Positions 41,975-53,881 of a DNA stretch of 64,000 bases are shown here, one piece after another. The notes under the pieces are model-generated. The model was not told the DNA's origin and ran no database searches. It saw only the letters and a list, made by a program, of their open reading frames with translations. The stretch comes from an uncultured Chloroflexia bacterium. Its GTDB lineage: Bacteria > Chloroflexota > Anaerolineae > JAAYZQ01. How positions within the stretch are numbered: position 1 is the stretch's first letter; the number at the start of each line of letters is the position of its first letter. A program made the translations under genes and the position numbers. The stretch lies in assembly GCA_963700285.1 (NCBI GenBank), contig CAVOXA010000001.1:416001-480000 (forward strand), written 5' to 3'.

Positions 41975-44732
41975 GTGAAAACGAAATCTATGTGGATGAC
42001 GTTGGTGGTCGCCATGCTTCTCGTGGCCTGCGGGCCCACCGCTTCGCCCGGACCTATCAGCGATGCAACCGATGGTTCGGCTAACAAAGAGAATTCGGCC
42101 GTGACGACGGGGAATGACACGGCAACCACCATCCTCAGCTTTGCCGTATCCATGATGGATCAGAACCGTTACGACAGCCTGATCGATGCTTTCGAGGCCG
42201 AGCACCCGGATGTGCACATCAGCACGGTGTCGATCGAGGAGACGCTGGGTACGGGGCGACGTGGCTCCAACTGGCCCAGCGACGCCTATCTGATCCTGGC
42301 TGCAACGGCCGACGTGATCGGCGCTCCGGCCACACGCGAGGCAGTGCAACAGGGGGCGCTTCTGGACCTGACCACCTTTTTCGAGTCAGACCCGAACCTG
42401 AAGGCCGAAGCCTTTTATCCTGGCGTGCTGGAGAGCGTGCAGTGGCAGGGTGGTACCTGGTCGCTGCCCGTCGAGGCTACCTACCCGATGATCTATTTTG
42501 ACAAATCTCTGTTTGACGCGGCTGGGGTCCCCTATCCCCAGCCGGGCTGGACCTGGGATGATTTCCTGGCGACCGCCCAGGCGATGACTGTTGGTAGTGG
42601 CGATACGGTCAGCCAGTGGGGATTCGTTGAGCCGAGTTTTGACCCGGTGACCTTTGTTCAGGCGCGTGCAGGGCTGCTGTTCAATGCGGACGCCTACCCG
42701 CCGACGGCCAGACTGGACGACTCGGCTGTGGTTGACGCCGTACGCTGGTACACCGACCTATTCCTGACCCACGAGGTGTCGCCTTACTACGCCACGTCGG
42801 CGGAGGGCGGGCCTGGCGGGATGTTTAACAACGAGGGGATGCGGTTGCTCGAGAACGGAAAGGCGGCCATGTGGTTCTTCCCGGGCGGTGGCATGTTCAT
42901 GCGGATGGGCCGGGGCGGACCGGACCAGCAGCAGACGACAGGCGCCGTGCCCTTTCCCGTGTCCAGATCTGACGACCACACCACCCCCGCCGTCGTGGAC
43001 GGCCTGTCCATCAGCGCCGGCACCAACAAAGCGGACCTGGCCTGGCAGTGGATCAGTTTCCTCGCCCAGCAGCCGGCGGGACAGCGCGGTCCCTTCGACG
43101 CCCTCTCCACCGGCACCGTACCGGCCCTGCCTTCGGTGGCGGTTGCTGCTGGCTACTGGGACAACCTTGACGAAGACTTTGCGGCGGCTCTCAAATACGC
43201 GACTGAGCATGCGACCATCGATACCTATGACGGCTCAGGCTACGACACCTTCCGCGCTGCCGTGGTGGACGTGATGGACAACGGTACGGCTATCGAAACG
43301 GCGCTGGCCAGCGCTCAAACTGAGGTGGAGGCCGCCATCGAGGCTGAGGTGGCATCTGCGCCGACGCCGGTTGCCAACCTGGTCGTGGCCGAGGAAGAAC
43401 AGCAAGCCGTGAACGCCGGTGCGGTCATCATCGACTTTGGCCTGAGCGAGGGACGGGGTCGCTTTGGGCAACAGTCCCTGACCACCCTGGTCGATCAGTT
43501 TCAGGCGGCCCATCCGGATATCCTCGTCGAGGTCGATACGCCACAGGGATTTCGTGGCCAACTGGGCCTGGCCGACATGGCTGCCGAGTACGACTGCTTC
43601 CAGGCCGCGCCCAGCTTCGACGACGAGTCGCTGGCGGCGATTGTGAATATGGAGCCTTTCCTGACGACCGATCCAGCCACCAGCAAGGATGACTTTTTCC
43701 CTTCTGTGGTGGAGCAGTTCACCTATCAGGGCCAGTTATGGGGTCTGCCGGGCAGCGTCACGGTCAACTTGATGAACTACAGCAAGGACCTTTTCGACGC
43801 GGCCGACATCGCCTATCCCAGCGTAGATTGGACGAATGGAGATTTTCTGGAGATGGCCGTCGCCTTGACGAAAGGCGATGACGAAGACAAGCAGTACGGC
43901 TATGTGCCCAGCTCCTTTGGGGCCAACGACCTGGTCAGTTTCATGGACCGGTTTGGTGTCGACATGCTGGACGAGTCGGTCGATCCGCCTCGCTTGGTGT
44001 TCAATTCGTCCGGCGTTGTCGAGGCTTTGCGCTGGTACACCAGCCTGGCGACCCAATACGGTGTGCAACCGGTCGTGAGCGAGGACACAGGTGGTTTTCA
44101 GGGCGGTCGGGGCAGGCAGGCGTTGATCAACGAGGGCCGCGCGGCCATGTGGATAGACAGTGGCGGTGACTTTGGCGGACGGGGTGGGTTCGGTGGGCCG
44201 GGTGGATCAGGTGGAGCGACCGACTTGAATACCGGCGCCGTCCCTCTGCCTGCCGGTCCCGACAGCGCCAAGGGCAGCGGCTTCCAATTGGCGGACGGCT
44301 ACTTTATCTCGGCCCAGAGCGATGCGCGGCAGGCTTGTTGGAGCTGGGTCACCTTCCTGACAGAGCAGCCGAACGCGACGTCGGGCCTGCCGGCTCGCCG
44401 GTCGATTGCCGAGTCGGCGGCCTATCGCGAGCAGGTCGGCGCTGAACGGGCAGACGCCTACCTGGCCAGCGTCAGCAGCGGCAGCCGGGCCTCGTTCTTC
44501 CAGCGCGTCTCCGACGAGGGCAACTGGCTCGGGTTCGCCTCCTTCTGGTTGTCCGATGCCTATGATCGCGTCGTCAGCGGTGAGATGACGGTCGAGGAGT
44601 CGCTAGGCCGCCGCTCAGGAGTCGGTGGACGCTTTTCGCGACTGTGTGATCGCTCAAGATGCCTACCAGGACATGGAGACAATGCGGCAGTGCTTTTCCG
44701 AGTCGGGGGCGAATGCGCCGGGGCTGCCCTAG
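41975..44732 (+). CDS. Double-domain extracellular solute-binding lipoprotein; frameshift near 44606
   Basis: LVAC lipobox; two carbohydrate-SBP-like halves (YFDKSLFDAAGVPYP..WTWDDF and YSKDLFDAADIAYP..WTNGDF). Confidence 0.85.
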
Positions 44733-44788
44733 CCAGTAGGTGATGGCAGGCAGCAGGTGGGGGTTCCCATCCTACCAGAAGAGGATTG

Positions 44789-45499
44789 ATGACAGGCGGA
44801 GGCAACGAAATAAGACCGATCATCCGCGCGCAGGCCGTGACTCGCGTCTACCGCGTCGACTCGCGGCAGGTTCCGGCCTTGCGCGGCGTGGATTTGGCGA
44901 TTGGTCCGGGCAAGGTGGTGGCTCTGCGTGGCCGGTCGGGTTCGGGCAAAACAACGCTGCTCAACTGCATCGGCGGGCTGGACCGGCCTACCTCGGGCCA
45001 GGTGTGGTTCGAGGGCCGCGAAGTGACGCGTCTGCCGGAACGAGCCTGGGTGAACCTGCGCCGGCGTCGCATCGGTTTCGTCTTTCAGTCCCATGCCCTG
45101 TTGGCCACTTACTCAGCCTGGGAGAACGTGGATCTGATGCTGCGCCTGGCCGGCGTGAGACGGCGCGAGCGGCAGCGGCGCATAGAAGAGGTTCTGGCAC
45201 TGATGGGCCTGACCAAGTGGCGGGATCACCGTACCTTCGAGCTGTCTGGCGGCCAGCAGCAGCGGGTCGCCATCGCCCGGGCAATCGCCCCGCGCCCGTC
45301 GCTCATCTTGGCCGACGAGCCGACCGGTGAGCTGGATTCGGCCACCGGTCAGCAGATCCTGACCCTCTTTCGCCGTATTGCCGACCGGGATGGGACGACG
45401 GTTCTGATCGCCACGCACGACCTTGCCGTGGATGCCTTTGCCGACGAGGTGTACCATTTGCAGGATGGCCGTGTCCTTGAGAGCAGAGCAGGGGTTTAG
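44789..45499 (+). CDS. LolD-like ABC ATP-binding protein
   Basis: [28 protein letters not shown] and ATHD. Confidence 0.93.
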   Translation: MTGGGNEIRPIIRAQAVTRVYRVDSRQVPALRGVDLAIGPGKVVALRGRSGSGKTTLLNCIGGLDRPTSGQVWFEGREVTRLPERAWVNLRRRRIGFVFQSHALLATYSAWENVDLMLRLAGVRRRERQRRIEEVLALMGLTKWRDHRTFELSGGQQQRVAIARAIAPRPSLILADEPTGELDSATGQQILTLFRRIADRDGTTVLIATHDLAVDAFADEVYHLQDGRVLESRAGV

Positions 45500-45611
45500 T
45501 TGGCTAGGACCAGGTGAACAATTGGGATGGTTGAGCAGTATCAGGCTCTGGGAGCAACCTTGCTTCGGACGGTGAGGGGGCCTAGGGTGGAGGGTACGGG
45601 ACAGCGCCGCT

Positions 45612-45782
45612 GGTAAAGGACTCAAGGACGCGCTGGCCCCTGCCGGTGACCGGCGGCAACTGGCGGTCGCCAGGTGTGGTCGGGCAACTTTCGAACTGCT
45701 GGTACGTACTATATCGTGGTGGAACATACTGAAAACCAACCAGACGTGAGCTATTATCTTCTTAAAGTGGGCGGCGATGGGC
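45612..45782 (+). pseudogene. Possible internally deleted remnant of an exported-protein gene
   Basis: Two out-of-frame protein-like fragments, GKGLKDALAPAGDRRQLAVA and WSGNFRTAGTYYIVVEH...YYLLKVGG, without a clear start. Confidence 0.35.
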
Positions 45783-45883
45783 ACCGTACCCACGGCCCAG
45801 CCAGAGAAAAACAGGATCAAGGGTGTCCCCTGAGGCATGCATGCCAGAGTCCGAACCAGGCGTGGACACGAAGGAGGCAGGAC

Positions 45884-47080
<1,197 letters not shown>

Positions 47081-47206
47081 TCGCAGAATGGCTGCCAGCC
47101 GGGCCTGGTCTTCCGACATCCCTCCCTTGGATGGGGTCAGATGTGACCCGGAAAATGGCCGATCGACGATATCAAATAGGCGAAGGACTAGGAATGAGAG
47201 AAGGTT

Positions 47207-48385
47207 ATGAGTAGGAAGACATCTGTGGGATTCGTGCTATTGTTGATGGTGTTGAGTAGCGTGGCCTGCAATGTTTCTGGAATCTCTGCTTTTCTGGAGG
47301 GGCCGCCGGCCAGTGAAACTACATCGCCTCTGTCGGCTCCGGTTATCGTGGAAGTGACGCCGACGCCGCTTCCCCCTGAGCAGTTGCCGGCGACTAATTC
47401 ATCGGTGATCGATATCGAGGAACAACTGGTCATAGACGTCTATGCTCGGGTCGGCCCGGCGGTCGTGTGCATCACGGCCCCTCAACGCTTTGGCGAGTGC
47501 ATTGGCTCGGGGTTTGTGATCGACCTGCAAGGACACGTGGTTACCAACAACCACGTCGCCGAGGTGGACCCGGAACTGCTAGTCACGCTGGCAGACGAGC
47601 ACTCGGTCCCTGCCGTGGTGGTCGGGGTGGATCCCGGCAGTGACCTGGCCGTGCTACAGATCGACGTGCCACCGGAAGATCTGACCGTGGCCGAGCTTGG
47701 CGCGTCCGCCAACTTGCGGGTAGGTCAGCGGGCCATCGCCATCGGCAACCCCTTTGGCCTGGAACGGACCATCACCACGGGCATCATCAGTTCCTTGGGG
47801 CGGACGCTTCCGCGCGACGACAGCGATTTTCAATTGGCGGAGCTGGTCCAGACCGACGCGGCCATCAATCCAGGCAATTCGGGCGGGCCCCTGCTGGACT
47901 CTCAGGGCAAAGTCATCGGCGTCAATACGGCCATTGCTTCCCGTAGTGGGTCCAATTCGGGCGTGGGCTTTGCCATCCCCGTGGATATTGTCAAGCGCGT
48001 AGTGCCAGAGTTGATCGCCGAGGGACGCTATCGACATCCGTGGCTTGGCGTCTCGGGTGGAACCATCACGCCGGAGTTGGTTGAGGCGGCGCACCTGCCT
48101 GTAGAAATCGGTGTCCTCATTTCCACCGTCGAGCCAGGCAGCCCGGCCGACAGGGCCGGCCTCCGAGGCGGAGACAGGCAGGTGCAGGTTTCCGGCGTGC
48201 AGATGCTGGCCGGCGGAGATATCGTGATCGCTATCGAGGAGGTAGCTGTCAGTCGTTTTGACGATGTGGTCAATTACCTGGCCAGCTTCACAGGCGTCGG
48301 TGACTCGATTACGCTGACCGTGGTGCGTGATGCCGAGGAGATCAAAATCGAGGTCACACTCGAAGAGCGTCCAGGCAACCACTAG
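47207..48385 (+). CDS. Second HtrA/DegP-family protease (lipoprotein)
   Basis: SVAC lipobox, TNNHV, DLAV, TDAAINPGNSGGP and a PDZ domain. Confidence 0.93.
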   Translation: MSRKTSVGFVLLLMVLSSVACNVSGISAFLEGPPASETTSPLSAPVIVEVTPTPLPPEQLPATNSSVIDIEEQLVIDVYARVGPAVVCITAPQRFGECIGSGFVIDLQGHVVTNNHVAEVDPELLVTLADEHSVPAVVVGVDPGSDLAVLQIDVPPEDLTVAELGASANLRVGQRAIAIGNPFGLERTITTGIISSLGRTLPRDDSDFQLAELVQTDAAINPGNSGGPLLDSQGKVIGVNTAIASRSGSNSGVGFAIPVDIVKRVVPELIAEGRYRHPWLGVSGGTITPELVEAAHLPVEIGVLISTVEPGSPADRAGLRGGDRQVQVSGVQMLAGGDIVIAIEEVAVSRFDDVVNYLASFTGVGDSITLTVVRDAEEIKIEVTLEERPGNH

Positions 48386-48434
48386 GGCTATCCTGCTCAC
48401 CGAAGCCTGTGACCGAGAGGGGAGATTGCTAACG

Positions 48435-49151
48435 GTGCACCGCATACTGGTTGTAGATGATGATCGCGAGATCGTACGACTGGTGCGCGCTTACCTGGAA
48501 AAGAGCGGCTACGAGGTCCTGGTTGCCTACGACGGCGAGATGGCGCTGCATATCCTGCGCCGCGAGCGTCCCGACCTGATGCTTTTGGACCTGATGCTCC
48601 CCCATCGCGATGGTCTGGATGTGACCCGTGTGGTGCGGGGTGACGCGAGCCTGGTTGCCATGCCGATCATCATGCTGACCGCACGTGTCGAGGATCACGA
48701 CAAGATCGTTGGTTTGGAGCTGGGCGCTGACGACTATGTGACCAAGCCGTTCAATCCCAGCGAAGTGGTTGCTCGCGTGCGGGCGGTTTTGCGCCGCGTG
48801 CAGGGCGAGGTGGCGCCACCGAAGGTCATCCGGGCTGGAGCAGTAGTCATCGATTTGGATCGCTACCTGGTGAAGGTGGAGGAACAGCCGTTGCACCTGA
48901 CTCCCACAGAGTTCGCTATGCTGCGGGCTCTGGCCGAGCATCCCGGGCACGCCCTCACCCGGTCAGAGATGATCGAGAAGGGCCTCGGTTACAGTTACGA
49001 GGGCCTGGAGCGGACTGTGGACAGCCACGTCAAGAACCTACGACGCAAGCTGGATGAAGCTGGCGGCGCGGCTTACCTCGTGGAGACGGTGTTCGGCATA
49101 GGCTACCGGCTGGCCACGAGCCACCCGGAAGCCGTGGGAGAAATCGCGTGA
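48435..49151 (+). CDS. OmpR/BaeR-family response regulator
   Basis: ILVVDDD, LDLMLP, GADDYVTKPF and ERTVDSHVKNLR...GIGYRL. Confidence 0.95.
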   Translation: MHRILVVDDDREIVRLVRAYLEKSGYEVLVAYDGEMALHILRRERPDLMLLDLMLPHRDGLDVTRVVRGDASLVAMPIIMLTARVEDHDKIVGLELGADDYVTKPFNPSEVVARVRAVLRRVQGEVAPPKVIRAGAVVIDLDRYLVKVEEQPLHLTPTEFAMLRALAEHPGHALTRSEMIEKGLGYSYEGLERTVDSHVKNLRRKLDEAGGAAYLVETVFGIGYRLATSHPEAVGEIA

Positions 49152-50557
49152 ACCGGTTGCGGGTGCAATTGGCGCTGGCTTTCACCCTGGTGGTCCTGGT
49201 TGCGGTGGGCGCCATCGCCTTTCTTATCAACCGGACCACGGGTACCGCTTTTCGCCAGTATATCACCCACAGCGATGTGAGTGCCTCCGGCAGCGGTGTG
49301 CAGCAACTGGTCGCCTACTACCTCGAGCAAGGCAGTTGGGATGGCGTAGAGAGCTTGCTGGGTGAGGGCGTCTTTCTCACTGGACCCACAGGCGGGCCCC
49401 TGCCCGGCGTGAATCCGCGCAACCGGGGACCAGCTCCGCGGCTGGACGTCATGCTAGCTGATAGCAGTGGCCGGGTTGTCTATGACAGCGCCGGGGAGCG
49501 CGACGGGCGGCGTCTGACTGCCAGGGAAAAATCGAGTGCTCTGATGATCGCCGAGACCGACGATGGGGAGGTGCTGGGCTACCTGCTCTTGTCCGTTCCC
49601 GGCGGTGCGGACAGGCTGGGCCGACTGGAGCAACAGTTCCTGGAGAGAATGAGGAACATCCTGATCGTAGGCGGTGCTGTGGCCGTGGTGCTGGGGTTGG
49701 TTCTGGGGGTGCTCCTGAGCCGGAGCCTGACCGCGCCTCTGCAGCGCCTGGCCACCGCGGCTCGGGCCGTCGCCGCCGGCGACCTGGCCCAGCAGGTCCG
49801 GGTCGAGGGTAGCGCCGAGATGGCTGAGGTTGCGCTTGCGTTCAACGATATGACAGCCGCCCTGGGCGAGTCTGAGCGTCAGCGACAGAACATGGTGGCC
49901 GATACGGCCCACGAATTGCGCACACCCCTCACTGTACTGCAGGGCAACCTGCGCGCTATTCTGGATGGTGTCTATCCCCTGGATCAGGCCGAGATCGCGC
50001 GCCTGTACGATGAGACCCGCCTCCTGAGCCGGCTGGTGGATGATCTGCGGGAGTTGGCCCTGGCCGATGCCGGGCAACTACGGTTGAATCTACGCGCTAC
50101 CGACATAAGGGAAGTCATCCTGTCTACGACTGGGAATCTGGCCCCGGCTGCCGAAGCCCAAGAGGTTACCCTCACGGCTCAGGTGCCAGCCGATCTGCCG
50201 TCCGCCCAGGCTGACCCTGACCGGGTGGCCCAAGTTCTGCGAAACCTGCTGGCAAACGCTGTGCGCCACACGGCGCCAGGGGGTTTGGTCACGGTGACGC
50301 CTGGTCTGGCGAACGACACCGTGGAAATAGCCGTGGCTGATACCGGAGAGGGCATCGCCCCGGCCGATCTGCCCCACGTGTTCGAGCGTTTCTGGCAGGC
50401 CGATCCCGCGCGCCTGCGGGAGGATCGCACGGCCGGTGGCACTGGGCTGGGTTTGTCAGTCGCCCAGAGTCTGGTCGTGGCTCAGGGTGGGCGCATCTGG
50501 GCCGAGAGCACGCTGGGCCAGGGTAGTACCTTCCGCTTCACGCTGCCACTTGCATAG
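49148..50557 (+). CDS. BaeS-like HAMP sensor histidine kinase
   Basis: Two TM helices, HAMP, ADTAHELRTPL, NLLANAVRH, DTGEGI and GTGLGL. Confidence 0.95.
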   Translation: MNRLRVQLALAFTLVVLVAVGAIAFLINRTTGTAFRQYITHSDVSASGSGVQQLVAYYLEQGSWDGVESLLGEGVFLTGPTGGPLPGVNPRNRGPAPRLDVMLADSSGRVVYDSAGERDGRRLTAREKSSALMIAETDDGEVLGYLLLSVPGGADRLGRLEQQFLERMRNILIVGGAVAVVLGLVLGVLLSRSLTAPLQRLATAARAVAAGDLAQQVRVEGSAEMAEVALAFNDMTAALGESERQRQNMVADTAHELRTPLTVLQGNLRAILDGVYPLDQAEIARLYDETRLLSRLVDDLRELALADAGQLRLNLRATDIREVILSTTGNLAPAAEAQEVTLTAQVPADLPSAQADPDRVAQVLRNLLANAVRHTAPGGLVTVTPGLANDTVEIAVADTGEGIAPADLPHVFERFWQADPARLREDRTAGGTGLGLSVAQSLVVAQGGRIWAESTLGQGSTFRFTLPLA

Positions 50558-50638
50558 CAGTGGCAGTGAGCCGACGCAAAGACCTCGCCAGGCTCTTCCT
50601 ACAGGAATACCTTCTCAAGGTCCTGCCTGCCTGCCTGC

Positions 50639-53600
50639 TTAGTGACCGTTCATTGGCTCGCCCCTGAGATATGCCTCCATCCTGGGCATAAAATAGGGGA
50701 TCACCTCCGGCAGCATCTTGGGCATCAGGTTCTCCATGGCCGGCGGCATCAGATCGGGCATCTGCTCCTGCATGGCCTCGGGCATCGGAACCCGCTCGCC
50801 TACAGCGTCCAGCATGGCGGGCATAACCTTGGGCATCATGCCCGGCAAGAGCCGCGGGAACAGGAAGGGCATCATCGGCTTCATCATGGCAATCATTACA
50901 TCTTGCAGTGGCCCTGGCGAGGCCTTGACCATCTTCATCATGCCCTGGAAGGGTTGGGGCATGGCCTGGATCATCTCTGGCAACAGATCGGCCATAAAGG
51001 CGGCCATTGGCTCTGGCTTGAGCAGATTGATCATGGCCTCAAAGACGGCCCACATCTCCAGCGCGTAGTGCGTTGAATCGCCATGCTCAATACCTGCGGC
51101 TTCACAGGTCAGATTGGCCAGGTCCAGGATAGGCAGGTCGCGCCCGGTCTTGTCCGCCGTGACCCGAAGCTGTACCTCGCAGCAGGGGCAGGCAGCCACT
51201 ACAGCTTGAGCGCCGGTAGCTTCGGCCTCCTGCAACCGGAGATCGCCGACGTGCTGGGCAACCGGGGGATCGGCCACCAAGCTCAATACGGAACCACAGC
51301 AGTGGGCTTCCTGCCGGTTGTGTTCCATCTCTACGAGTTCGAGGCCTGGGATGGCCCGCATCAGCTGCCGCGGGGCTTCGTAGATCTGGCCTGCCCTTCC
51401 CATGTGGCAGGAGTCGTGCCAGGTGACCTTCATGTCAACCCGCTGGTCTAGCTGGAATATGCCGGCCTGGATCTGCTTGGCCAGGATTTCGCTATAATGT
51501 TTGGCCTCGAAGGGATAGTCAATGCCAAGCTTTGCGGCCCACTCCGGATAGAACGTGTGCCATACCAGCCAGCAGGCGGGGCAGGAGGTGACCACTGTCC
51601 TGACGCCCCGGGCCTTCATGGCAGCGATGTTGTGCCGCATGATCTCTTCCCAGGAGTCCCACAATCCGGCGACCAGCATCGGGATGCCGCAGCATGCTTC
51701 ATCGGAGCCCAAGTAGGTGAACTCGACACCGGATTTGTGCAGCAGACAGGCGGTGGCCTGGGCGATGTCGTGCTCTACGTAGGAGGCGGTACAGCCGGGG
51801 AAATAGGCGATCTCGGCCTTTTCTGGCAACTCGGCTACTACCTCTTCTGGCATCCACTTGGGCCGGTCGACGCGGTATGCCGCCCAGATGTTGTGCTCTT
51901 TGTGCAGCGACTGGCGCATGATCTCAAAGGGTGGGAAGGTGAGCCGGTCCTCGTCATGGATTAGCTGGCCGCGCATCTTGAGCCAGCTTGGCTCGATGGG
52001 CAGATCCTCGCAGCAGCGCACGTTGCACAGCTCGCAGGTGGTGCAGGCCATGAACGTATCGACCATCTTTTGGTTCCAGTCTTCCCTGCCTTCCATGTAC
52101 TGCCGCAGGAAGTACCACTTGGCCCGAGGTGTCTGGCTCTCCCAGCCGCGGCCATAGTACTGGTCGCACTCGTCCACGCAATAGCCGCACTGGGAGCAGG
52201 CATAGGCGTACCAGGCTACATCGTCGGGGATGCCCCGGCGGCCCTGGCTCTCAATGCGTTCGCCCACGGGGATCTTGGCCGCGTTGCCAAAGACGCGAAC
52301 CAGGGGTTCAAAGGCCCCGGCTAGGCCCATGAAGGCCGACAGCAGCGGCTTGCCTTTGAGGACCTTGTGGGGATTAAAGATGCCCTGTGGATCTAGCTCT
52401 GACTTGAAATCGTCCAGACGCGCCAACCGGTCGGCCCCAAGGATAGATTTGGCCTGGTTGGTGAAGTAGAGGCCGGTAGAGTAGGCCCGGCCGCCGTTCT
52501 CTCTGGCAACTTTGAGCACGGTCAGTGCCAACCCGAAGGCAAAGTTGAATGTGAACTTGCGCTCGTCGTGTAGGATGAAACCCAGCAGCGTCACCTCGCC
52601 GTCGACCCCGTCCATCATGCCTTCCATGACCATCGACAACCGGACCCGATTCCCAATGGCCTGCAACGCGCTTCCCAGGTTCGACAGAGGAACCAATACT
52701 TCGGCAGGGGCGATGCTTGGCCCCAACCGCTTGACGTGCATCAGGTCGAACCGTTCTTCCCATTCGTGGCGGGCAACCTCGTCGTCGACGAGCGTCCCAC
52801 CAGCCTTGCCAAGGATCGCCGTGAGTGGAGCTTCGATGGCCTCCCGGCGCGATTCAGGGGCGACAAAGATGGCGACATAACCCTCCGGTACGACGGGACG
52901 GTGCGATTCCACGGCATGTCCATGTTCCATTGGTGGTGGAAGCTGGTTCTTGAGTTCAGCCATCCTGGGATTGATAAAGTTCACGGACCATAGCGGCAGG
53001 GTTGCCTCCCGGATGGCTTTCAGCGCCACAGCCATGCTGTCGGCTGTTGCAAAGCGAGCACCCCATACTACTTCTTCCTCAAAGGGACGAACCTGGATCG
53101 TTAGCTCGGTGATGAAACCGGTGATCCCTTCCGCATCGCTAATGAGGTCAAGTTCATTTCCACTGATTTCGCGCACCTCGCCACTGGGTAGTACGACGCG
53201 ACAGGAAACGACGCTTCTTCGAAACGCACCGTACTCGTAGGCGCCAAAACCGGCGCCCCCCTGGGCGAGCCAGCCCGCCACCGTTGAGGAAGGTGCGCTA
53301 GAGGGATAGGTGCAAAGGGCAAGCCCTTGTTTGTTTACCTGCTTCTCCAGGCGTTCCCAGACTACTCCCGGTTGAACTGTGACAGTCTTTGCCTCGGAAT
53401 CCACTGCGAGGATCTCATTCATCCATGAGAAATCTACGACAAGGCCTCCCTTTGTCGGTATCACGCCACCGTAGCCCGAGGTCGACTTGCCCCGTGGCAC
53501 CAGGGGGATACCATGGCTCTGGGCAAAGGCAACCAACCGGATCACCTGTTCCTCTGTGAGGGGCTGGACAACGCCCGCAGGCAGCGTGTTGCCGAGGAGG

Positions 53601-53728
53601 GGTTTGACCAGACTTGGCAATGAACCCACGTCGTGGCTGTAGAACATCCGCTCCAGCTTGTCAAAGGTTGCGCGTGGGCCAAAGATTTCCTGCAACTGCT
53701 GCTGCAATGCGGGTGACAGAGATTTCAC
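50639..53728 (-). CDS. FAD-linked oxidase (GlcD/Dld-like) fused to 4Fe-4S and CCG domains, with a Met/Pro-rich tail
   Basis: VPRGKSTSGYGG, VQPGV, AEGITGFI; CSQCGYCVDEC and CTTCELCNVRC; GC/CCG/SCPAC and HDSC/CCG/CPCC. Confidence 0.88.
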   Translation of the reverse strand: MKSLSPALQQQLQEIFGPRATFDKLERMFYSHDVGSLPSLVKPLLGNTLPAGVVQPLTEEQVIRLVAFAQSHGIPLVPRGKSTSGYGGVIPTKGGLVVDFSWMNEILAVDSEAKTVTVQPGVVWERLEKQVNKQGLALCTYPSSAPSSTVAGWLAQGGAGFGAYEYGAFRRSVVSCRVVLPSGEVREISGNELDLISDAEGITGFITELTIQVRPFEEEVVWGARFATADSMAVALKAIREATLPLWSVNFINPRMAELKNQLPPPMEHGHAVESHRPVVPEGYVAIFVAPESRREAIEAPLTAILGKAGGTLVDDEVARHEWEERFDLMHVKRLGPSIAPAEVLVPLSNLGSALQAIGNRVRLSMVMEGMMDGVDGEVTLLGFILHDERKFTFNFAFGLALTVLKVARENGGRAYSTGLYFTNQAKSILGADRLARLDDFKSELDPQGIFNPHKVLKGKPLLSAFMGLAGAFEPLVRVFGNAAKIPVGERIESQGRRGIPDDVAWYAYACSQCGYCVDECDQYYGRGWESQTPRAKWYFLRQYMEGREDWNQKMVDTFMACTTCELCNVRCCEDLPIEPSWLKMRGQLIHDEDRLTFPPFEIMRQSLHKEHNIWAAYRVDRPKWMPEEVVAELPEKAEIAYFPGCTASYVEHDIAQATACLLHKSGVEFTYLGSDEACCGIPMLVAGLWDSWEEIMRHNIAAMKARGVRTVVTSCPACWLVWHTFYPEWAAKLGIDYPFEAKHYSEILAKQIQAGIFQLDQRVDMKVTWHDSCHMGRAGQIYEAPRQLMRAIPGLELVEMEHNRQEAHCCGSVLSLVADPPVAQHVGDLRLQEAEATGAQAVVAACPCCEVQLRVTADKTGRDLPILDLANLTCEAAGIEHGDSTHYALEMWAVFEAMINLLKPEPMAAFMADLLPEMIQAMPQPFQGMMKMVKASPGPLQDVMIAMMKPMMPFLFPRLLPGMMPKVMPAMLDAVGERVPMPEAMQEQMPDLMPPAMENLMPKMLPEVIPYFMPRMEAYLRGEPMNGH

Positions 53729-53852
53729 GGTACTGTTCCTCCGGTGAACAGAGTTGTGTCCTGTGATGCCGTCCACTTGGAGTCATCCACTTGGATGGCA
53801 TTTCTGTGGGTACTGAGTGGATGGCAGCGTGCCAGTCCGGGCAATGGCTGGC

Positions 53853-53881
53853 AGTATACCATGAAACTACACACGCGTCAA
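53853..53881 (-). promoter_or_regulatory. sigma70 promoter of the FAD/Fe-S oxidoreductase
   Basis: TTGACG-N17-TATACT with an extended TG. Confidence 0.7.

Noticed and set aside
36451-44732. Frameshifts in the permease, adaptor and SBP genes as pseudogenisation or programmed frameshifting
   Set aside because: Scattered small indels with intact motifs and no consistent slippery site fit sequencing error better. Raw reads are needed to confirm.
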